Origin: a virus
IMG/VR virus record: IMGVR_UViG_3300049324_000053
Reading direction: 5' to 3' (one strand)
Length of the DNA: 64,000 nucleotides
Shown piece after piece: positions 57,862-64,000 of the stretch (positions within the stretch are counted from its first letter, which is position 1; each line of letters opens with the position of its first letter). Position numbers and translations under genes: made by a program. Under the pieces are notes generated by a model, which worked only from the letters and a program-made list of their open reading frames with translations, had not been told where the DNA came from and searched no databases.

Positions 57862-58037
57862 GGGGTCTCTTCCCGGTTGCTCAACGTAAGTGCTGCGTAA
57901 CGGTCAGTTCCAAATCTGGGAACAGTTTCCGGCCGATTCGGTCACTGCCGGTGGCGACCCCGTCGGGGCGCCTGTTCCAGATTTCGGAACAGTTCCTGAC
58001 ATACTGTTCACGTGGTCTTACCCAGTGTGATGGTGTC

Positions 58038-58655
58038 ATGACGTCGGTCCAGCCGCTGACGGTCCGCTCCGTCGTCGGCTATCAGCTGCCCGTCCAGCAC
58101 CAGGACGAGGTCAGCTGGTACAACGCCACCCGCGACGCCTACACCGCCGAGACCCGCTTTTCCGAACGCACCGACCTCGCCGACCTCGACCGCCTCCTGG
58201 TTCTGGAACTGTCGATCTACCGGTTGAGCAACCATCTCGCGTCCGGCTACGACTACGAAGGCGAAGAAGTCGACGGCGAACGCCTGCGCCGCCAGCTGCG
58301 TGAGATGTCCGACGCGGTCACCAAACTGAAAACCGCGATGGGCCTGACGAAAAGCGCCCGCGACGCCGCCGCGAACGACGGCGACTTCGCCACCTGGCTG
58401 GCCACCTTGCAGCAACGCGCCCGCCTGTTCGGCATCCACCGCGAAAACCAGCTCACCCGCGCCCTGGTGCTCATGAACGAACTCGCCGGCATCGTCGGCG
58501 CCTACGACCGTGCCGACATCGAGGAGCGCCGGCGCATCGGGTTCGAAACCGAAGCCGACGTTGTGGACTGGATCCGCACCGTCATGGTCCCCGAATATCA
58601 CGAGATCGACGCCCACTTCCAGCAGAACGTGCAGCAATACTGGACCCGAGATTAG
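58038..58655 (+). CDS. Hypothetical protein upstream of terminase (possible small subunit)
   Basis: Helical; 'LKTAMGLT..AR' is reminiscent of TerS; positional inference. Confidence 0.5.
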   Translation: MTSVQPLTVRSVVGYQLPVQHQDEVSWYNATRDAYTAETRFSERTDLADLDRLLVLELSIYRLSNHLASGYDYEGEEVDGERLRRQLREMSDAVTKLKTAMGLTKSARDAAANDGDFATWLATLQQRARLFGIHRENQLTRALVLMNELAGIVGAYDRADIEERRRIGFETEADVVDWIRTVMVPEYHEIDAHFQQNVQQYWTRD

Positions 58656-58665
58656 GACGGTCTTC

Positions 58666-59202
58666 GTGGGACGCGCCGACTTCGACAACGCCAAAAAGCT
58701 GTACCCCAGTGTCAACATGGGCGAAGCCGAATGGTTCGCCTATTTTCAGACCCCCGCCGGCGAACAAGCCATCGGCTACATCATGCGCGACATCTACGAC
58801 GAGGTGCTCGCCCTGGAAGAACGCGACACCGGCCGCGTGCCCATGGGCCGGCGCGCCGCCCGCCCCGCCGTGCCGCTGTCCACCGTGTACGCCAAAGTGT
58901 TCCCCCCCGCTTACAGCAACGAACCGTTCCCCGTGGCGCTGCGCACCCTGATGAACGGTCGTTCGATCCGCGCGTTCGCCGCGAAAGTTCCCATGGCGCA
59001 CGTCCCGCTGCACCGGCTGCTGGCCGGTGCCGACACCCCGGACCTGCGGCTCATGGAAGCCATCGCCGCCGCCGCCCGCGTCAAGCCAACCTACTTTTTG
59101 GAATACCGCGCCCAGTTCGTCGCCCTCATGGTGCAGCAAGCATTTCTCGCTCGCCCGCATCTGTCGATCCGTGCCATCCATGACCTGAAAGTGACCGCCT
59201 GA
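58666..59202 (+). CDS. XRE-like HTH protein coupled to terminase
   Basis: 'SIRAFAAKV.M....LHRLLAG...P....MEAIA......PTYF.EYR'. Confidence 0.65.
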   Translation: MGRADFDNAKKLYPSVNMGEAEWFAYFQTPAGEQAIGYIMRDIYDEVLALEERDTGRVPMGRRAARPAVPLSTVYAKVFPPAYSNEPFPVALRTLMNGRSIRAFAAKVPMAHVPLHRLLAGADTPDLRLMEAIAAAARVKPTYFLEYRAQFVALMVQQAFLARPHLSIRAIHDLKVTA

Positions 59203-61943
59203 TGACCGCCAAGGCGATCGTTGCGCCCAACGAAGAAGAGTCCTATCTGGTGGCGCTGCTCGACTCGATCGACGGCATCGACCTGGCCGAGGCATTCTGG
59301 TCGGACCCGTCCACCGCGACCGGCTGCTTTCGCGTCTGGGACTTTCAGTGGAAGTGGTTCACCTGCACCGACACTTTGCAGGCTGATCAATGCGGGCGTG
59401 GTGTCGGCAAATGTCTCGCCCCCGACACCCGCCTGACCCTCGCCGACGGTCGTCGTATTCGGGTTGCCGACCTTGCCGCCGCGACCGACCCCACCGCGAT
59501 CCTGGCCACCGTCGCCCGCGCCGACGACGCCGTGCACGGGTTCGAACTACGACCCGGCACTGTGTACGTTTCCGGACATAAGGCGTGCCTGCGGATCCGC
59601 ACCGTCAGTGGCCGGATCCTGACCGTCAGCACCGACCATCCGGTGTTCACGAGTACCGGCTGGCGCAAGGCCGGCGAACTGGCCGGCGACGACTCGCTCG
59701 CGATCGCCGCCTACCAGCCGGTGTTCGGCCGCAAGGTGCTGCCCCGCTATCTGGTGCGGCTGCTGGCACACGTTATCGCCACCGGCGGCGTCGGTGACCG
59801 ACCCCGCGACGTGTGGTACTCCTCGGCCGACGCCGGTACCGACACCAGCTACTACGACGACCTGGACGCCACCCTTGGCGCTGCCAAACTCGTCGCCCGG
59901 CCCGTCTCTCGCCGCGACCGCATGATCAAAATTGTGGGGGAACGGTGCGGCCCCGGCAACGGCATCGGCCCGTTCATGGCCCAGGCCGGCATGACCGGTG
60001 CCCGCGCCGGCACCATGCGCATCCCCGACCTGGTCTTCGCCCTGCCCGCCCGGCAGCTGGCCCTGTTCCTCGGCCGGCTACTGCAACCCCCCCACGGTGT
60101 TGCCGTGCGCGCCGGCACCGTGCGCTATCAGTGCGCCAACCCGGCGATGGCCGCCGACCTCGCGCATCTGCTCACCCGGTTCGGTGTCACCAGCCGGATC
60201 CGCAGCAAACTGCTGCCGTCCATGCGGGGCCGCACCCGCACCGACGCCCGCATCCAGGTCGTCACCATCGACGACCCTGCAAGTCTCGTGCGGTTCGCCG
60301 CCGTCGTCGGCCCCCACGTGCTCGGCGGCACCCGCACCGCCCTCGACGCCCTGGTCGCCGGCCTGGACCCGGCCGCGTTCACCGCGGCCGCTGCCCCGCC
60401 GGTCGTGGTGTTCGACTCGGTCGCCGACATCACCGACGCCGGCGAACAGGATGTCTATGACGTGACGATGTCCGGCGAACCACAGCTGTTCGCCGACGAC
60501 GTGCTCGTGCACAACTCCACGAAAATCATCATGCGCGGGTTCGCGCATCCTTTCCACGCCCCCGGCGAGCACATGTTCATCACCGCCCCCGAGCTGAACC
60601 ATCTGGGACCGCTGACCGACGGGCTGCAGAACCGGTTCGAAGGCACCCGTATCGGCGCCGAGATGATGACCAAAGGCCGTGGTGGGGGCATCACCAAGCA
60701 GCCGCACTGGCAGGCCCAGTTCCTCAACGGCGCGAAGATCATCACCCGGCTACCGAACCGGGACGGCCGCGGCGTCAAAAGCCAGCATGCCAGCAAACTG
60801 CACCTCGACGAGGCGCAGGACTATCCCGCCGCCGGCTGGAACGAAGTCCAGCCCACCTTCAAACGTGGCGTGCCCGGCGCGCAATGGCATGTGCATGGCG
60901 TTCCCCGCGGTGTGCGGGACAACTTCTACGCCATCACCAGCGACGAGTCCAAGTTCACCGTGCACCGGTATTTTGCCTGCCACCGCCCGGACTGGTCGGA
61001 CAACGAACGGGCCGAGGCCATCCGCAACTACGGTGGTTCGCCGCGGGATCCTGATTACAAGCGCAACATTTTCGGCGACCATGGTGATGCGACGAACCCG
61101 CTGTTTGTGTTGTCTCGGTTCATTGCCGTCTGCGACCTGGACCCTGGCAGTGACTACAACACCGCCGTCTACGCCGCCCGGTCCCTCAGCGACGAACTGC
61201 TCGCCGACCACGACCTCGACGCCCTGCTCGACCTGCCCGCCATCCACCGCATCGGCTATAGTCGCGCACCCCGCGGCTACAGCGCTTACTACGGCGGCAT
61301 GGACGTCGGCATGACGAATCACCCATCCGAGGTGTTGATCTTCGGCCAGCGCACCGGCACCGAGCTGATGGAGCTGCTGCTGCGCGTGCATATGGAGCGT
61401 GTCGACACCGAGCGTCAGGTGATGGTCGTGCAGCGGCTGTTCGACTTCTACGGCAGCAAGCTGATCGCGTTCGCCCTGGACAGGACCGGTATCGGTCACT
61501 CCGTGTGGGACCTGTTGGACAAGTCCTACGTCGGGGATCGGGTGTACGGGTACCACTTCAGTTCGAAGGTCCCGGTTGGTATCCGGGAAGCGGCCGAGGG
61601 CGAGGATCCGCACGACCTCGACGCGCTCATCGAGATGCGCGACCTGGTCGAACACGCCTCCGACGTGCTGCGCGTGGACTGGGTCGACGCCGGCCGGCTG
61701 CAGCTGCCCGCTGATGACGAGCTGCTCGGTGAATGGCAGGGGCAGACGTACAAGGTGGAGAAATCCGGCGGAAACCTCTACGGCAAAAGGGTGTATTCCA
61801 AGGGAAAGATGCACACCTTAGACGCAGGCAAGATGGCGGCCGCGGCAAAGACATTGCCGCCCATTCAGGATGCCATCGACCGGGCCCGTGCGGTGCACGA
61901 CGTCGACCCGGTGTTCGACGAGTTCCTCGGATCGTCCTGGTGA
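59202..61943 (+). CDS. Terminase large subunit with intein
   Basis: Walker A GRGVGK|S split by an intein; Walker B LHLDEAQD; nuclease GMDVG, LDRTGIG, HTLDA. Confidence 0.85.
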   Translation: MTAKAIVAPNEEESYLVALLDSIDGIDLAEAFWSDPSTATGCFRVWDFQWKWFTCTDTLQADQCGRGVGKCLAPDTRLTLADGRRIRVADLAAATDPTAILATVARADDAVHGFELRPGTVYVSGHKACLRIRTVSGRILTVSTDHPVFTSTGWRKAGELAGDDSLAIAAYQPVFGRKVLPRYLVRLLAHVIATGGVGDRPRDVWYSSADAGTDTSYYDDLDATLGAAKLVARPVSRRDRMIKIVGERCGPGNGIGPFMAQAGMTGARAGTMRIPDLVFALPARQLALFLGRLLQPPHGVAVRAGTVRYQCANPAMAADLAHLLTRFGVTSRIRSKLLPSMRGRTRTDARIQVVTIDDPASLVRFAAVVGPHVLGGTRTALDALVAGLDPAAFTAAAAPPVVVFDSVADITDAGEQDVYDVTMSGEPQLFADDVLVHNSTKIIMRGFAHPFHAPGEHMFITAPELNHLGPLTDGLQNRFEGTRIGAEMMTKGRGGGITKQPHWQAQFLNGAKIITRLPNRDGRGVKSQHASKLHLDEAQDYPAAGWNEVQPTFKRGVPGAQWHVHGVPRGVRDNFYAITSDESKFTVHRYFACHRPDWSDNERAEAIRNYGGSPRDPDYKRNIFGDHGDATNPLFVLSRFIAVCDLDPGSDYNTAVYAARSLSDELLADHDLDALLDLPAIHRIGYSRAPRGYSAYYGGMDVGMTNHPSEVLIFGQRTGTELMELLLRVHMERVDTERQVMVVQRLFDFYGSKLIAFALDRTGIGHSVWDLLDKSYVGDRVYGYHFSSKVPVGIREAAEGEDPHDLDALIEMRDLVEHASDVLRVDWVDAGRLQLPADDELLGEWQGQTYKVEKSGGNLYGKRVYSKGKMHTLDAGKMAAAAKTLPPIQDAIDRARAVHDVDPVFDEFLGSSW
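59412..60515 (+). mobile_element. Intein (368 aa) with degenerate LAGLIDADG homing endonuclease
   Basis: CLAPDT start, 'STDHPVF' block B, 'VYDVTM...LFADDVLVHN|S' end. Confidence 0.93.
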
Positions 61944-62243
61944 CTACTCGTCGTCCACGCTGGGAGGCCGGTACCCCTTGACGTCTTCGTGTAGAACGTC
62001 GAGACCGTTCGGCTGGCCCAGGATCTTCATCGTCTTGAGCAGCGCGTCGTAATCCTCGTGCGGCATCATCACAGCGATGGGCGTCACGTCGTCCATGATT
62101 GAGATGTGCAGCCGGCCGATGATGACGCCGTCCATGATGGTGTCGAAGTCTGTGGCGAGCGTCTCCCGCAGGATCGGCACGAGTGGCATCTTTCGTGCCG
62201 GATGTGCCTCGGGCTCAGGTGTGGGCTGTGTTTCGTCGCTCAC
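61944..62243 (-). CDS. Phd/YefM-like antitoxin (orphan)
   Basis: 'PIAVMMPHEDYDALLKTMKILGQP'. Confidence 0.6.
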   Translation of the reverse strand: MSDETQPTPEPEAHPARKMPLVPILRETLATDFDTIMDGVIIGRLHISIMDDVTPIAVMMPHEDYDALLKTMKILGQPNGLDVLHEDVKGYRPPSVDDE

Positions 62244-62638
62244 TGGACCCCCAGAACTGTGTGGCCGCGGGCGGTGGCTGCGGCCGCCAGGCGATGATCG
62301 AAGGTGGCTATCGAGCCACGGGTGACGTCGGCGGCGAGCAGCACGCAGCAGTCGGGCATCCGCAGCCCGGTCTCTACACGCAGCAGCGCGAGCAGCGTGG
62401 GACTTTCCTGCGGGAACGGGATGGTCTGCAACCCCAGTTTGTGCAGCGCCAGGAGTGTTTGGCCCAGGCGCCCTTCGCGGGCGGGCACGACGAGGGCTTC
62501 GGCCATGTTCAGTGGATTGGTGCACAGTGGCTCGCCTGCCACGTCCCGTAGAAGCTGTCGCGCCTGAGCGTGGTGAGCGTCGTCAGGGTTGAGGTGAGCG
62601 ATGATGACGGCCGCGTCGAGGACGATCAAGCGGGCCAT
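62240..62638 (-). CDS. vapC: VapC PIN-domain toxin
   Basis: IVLDAAVIIA, NMAE, LRMPDCCVL, IATFDHRL. Confidence 0.92.
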   Translation of the reverse strand: MARLIVLDAAVIIAHLNPDDAHHAQARQLLRDVAGEPLCTNPLNMAEALVVPAREGRLGQTLLALHKLGLQTIPFPQESPTLLALLRVETGLRMPDCCVLLAADVTRGSIATFDHRLAAAATARGHTVLGVQ

Positions 62639-62895
62639 TCCTCATGTAGCTGCTGCAGGTCCCCAGGGTTGAAAACGCCCTGCAGGATGCCGGCAGTGCT
62701 TTCGATGGCGGCGAGTTGTTCGCGCCGGCGTCGTTTGCTGTCGTCGCACAAGCTCTGGTGACCGGCTTCGATGAGCCGTAGCAGGAGCTTGGTGCAGCTA
62801 CCGCCGTCTTCGGGCCATTGGCGTGCGGCGTCGGCGAGGGCTTCGGCTACCAGGTCGTTTTGTGTGATCATGTAGCGAGGCTTGGTGGTCGGCAT
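62626..62895 (-). CDS. Cognate VapB-type antitoxin
   Basis: MPTTKPRYMIT...AEAL..AA..WP...LLLRLIEAG...EEWP; overlaps vapC. Confidence 0.85.
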   Translation of the reverse strand: MPTTKPRYMITQNDLVAEALADAARQWPEDGGSCTKLLLRLIEAGHQSLCDDSKRRRREQLAAIESTAGILQGVFNPGDLQQLHEEWPA

Positions 62896-62938
62896 GTCTT
62901 AAGAGTAGCACCGAAGTGCTTGGTGTTGCACGTGGGTG

Positions 62939-63331
62939 TTACTGTGTGTGCATGACCAAGACCGTGCGGATCCGCGTGCTGCGCAGTACCGCTGACCGGC
63001 TGCGCGATCTGGCCGACGCCCAGCACACCACCATCGACGCGGTGCTGCGCGCGGCGCTGGACGCGTTGCAGCGCAAGCGGGAACGTGAGCGGCTTGCCGC
63101 CGAGCCGGAGCCGGCCGAATAGGACTTAGGTGTAGGTCGGGTGCGTTTGATGGCCGCGATCCGTTCGCGCTCACGCTGCTCGTCGTCGTCACGCAACACC
63201 CGGTGCCCGGCTTCGATCAGCCGCAGCAGCAGCTCACGGCGAGTGTCTTCGGGCCAGTACTCCATGGCTTCGTCGATCGCTTCGGCGATCGCGTCCGTTT
63301 CCGTGATCCAGAAGCGGCGTCGGATCGGCAT
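62939..63331 (-). CDS. Paralogue of the VapB antitoxin with replaced C-terminus
   Basis: 'FWITETDAIAEAIDEA..YWPE...LLLRLIEAGH'; tail runs antisense across 62952..63122. Confidence 0.6.
   Translation of the reverse strand: MPIRRRFWITETDAIAEAIDEAMEYWPEDTRRELLLRLIEAGHRVLRDDDEQRERERIAAIKRTRPTPKSYSAGSGSAASRSRSRLRCNASSAARSTASMVVCWASARSRSRSAVLRSTRIRTVLVMHTQ
62952..63122 (+). CDS. Small RHH protein (antitoxin-like)
   Basis: MTKTVRIRVLRSTADRLRDLA....TTID.VL..AL. Confidence 0.7.
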   Translation: MTKTVRIRVLRSTADRLRDLADAQHTTIDAVLRAALDALQRKRERERLAAEPEPAE

Positions 63332-63355
63332 GCTTGAAACTCTAGACTGCTCGCC

Positions 63356-63544
63356 ATGGAGGACACGGATAATTCGTTCGTCGACATCACTGCCTACGTT
63401 GACGAGCTGCTCGCCGACGAGAAGCTACGTCCGGAGATCGACAGGATCTACGAAAGCATGCTGGCGGCCGACCGTGTGCATGCACTGCTGCGGGCGGCTT
63501 CCGGTGCCGGCAAGGCTGCCGATGAGCCCGATGAGAGGCTGTGA
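63356..63544 (+). CDS. Small helical protein (possible antitoxin fragment)
   Basis: TAGACT 7 nt before ATG. Confidence 0.55.
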   Translation: MEDTDNSFVDITAYVDELLADEKLRPEIDRIYESMLAADRVHALLRAASGAGKAADEPDERL

Positions 63545-63596
63545 ACGACCGTTGAGCGACCCGAACGAGGCCCCGAACGAGGCCCCGGACGCGGCC

Positions 63597-63968
63597 ATGA
63601 AGCTGCCCAGTCTGCCGTACCTGCGGATCCCGTGCGAGGAATGCCCATGGCTGGCTGATGCGGTGCCGGGCCGCTTCCCGCAGGAACGTTGGCTCGCGCT
63701 ACGGGGCACCTGCGACACCGGTTCCGGCAGCGCCCCGATGGACGCGCCGATGTTCGCCTGCCACAAGACCCGGCCGGGCGCCGAGTATGTGTGCGCCGGC
63801 TGGCTGGCACGTGAAGGCGCCGGCCATGTCGGGGTTCGTATCGCGGTGCTGCGGGGACGACTGCCCGCCGAGGCCCTGTCCCCGAGTGAAGGATGGCCCC
63901 CGCTGCATGCGGATCTGTTCGCGGCCGCCGAACATGACCTCGGTGTGTCGATGGAGGCGGACGGCTGA
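63597..63968 (+). CDS. DUF6283-like Cys-rich protein
   Basis: PCEECPW, FACH, CAGWL. Confidence 0.75.
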   Translation: MKLPSLPYLRIPCEECPWLADAVPGRFPQERWLALRGTCDTGSGSAPMDAPMFACHKTRPGAEYVCAGWLAREGAGHVGVRIAVLRGRLPAEALSPSEGWPPLHADLFAAAEHDLGVSMEADG

Positions 63969-64000
63969 TGCGCTTCTACGTGTACCTCGGTGCTCGCCAG

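Larger units (their letters stand above)
1..64000. mobile_element. Segment of a large actinobacterial phage-plasmid / plasmid-like prophage
   Basis: Terminase, ParA pair, Rep-like gene, dnaB, thyX, Ku/ligase, DUF932, Lsr2 and many small ORFans; no host core operons or integrase seen. Confidence 0.8.

Noticed and set aside
1-64000. Integrase, transposase, rRNA, capsid/portal or conjugation genes
   Set aside because: No recognisable motifs in this window; they could lie outside it.

Overview
High-GC, actinobacterial-type DNA that looks like part of a large phage-plasmid (plasmid prophage). Evidence: an intein-containing large terminase, a type Ib-like ParA plus small partner, a putative HTH replication initiator divergent from dnaB, thyX, RuvB-like and RuvC-like genes, two Lsr2 homologues, DUF932, and no host housekeeping operons or integrase in the window. 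There are two regimes. (i) 1-21.2 kb is an all-minus-strand, tightly packed 'early/leading-type' array of mostly small genes. It ends in a translationally coupled Ku - ATP-dependent ligase - RavA/MoxR AAA - VWA operon and is headed by a repeat/palindrome block at 19.4-19.8 kb. (ii) 21.8-64 kb is a mixed-orientation patchwork of mostly monocistronic, apparently leaderless genes, rich in orphan, truncated or fused antitoxin-like ORFs. Most notable: a tandem dnaB triplet whose two short copies carry complementary active-site defects (one also has a CcdA-like N-terminus); a dispersed 14-bp palindrome T(C/G)AACG-N2-CGTT(G/C)A with at least 16 core copies; a covarying hairpin+RBS start motif on five early genes; a 63-nt tRNA-like element; and an antitoxin 'arsenal'. 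Family names come from motif recognition by eye, not database searches. Several starts were moved from the ORF track using RBS or -10 evidence.
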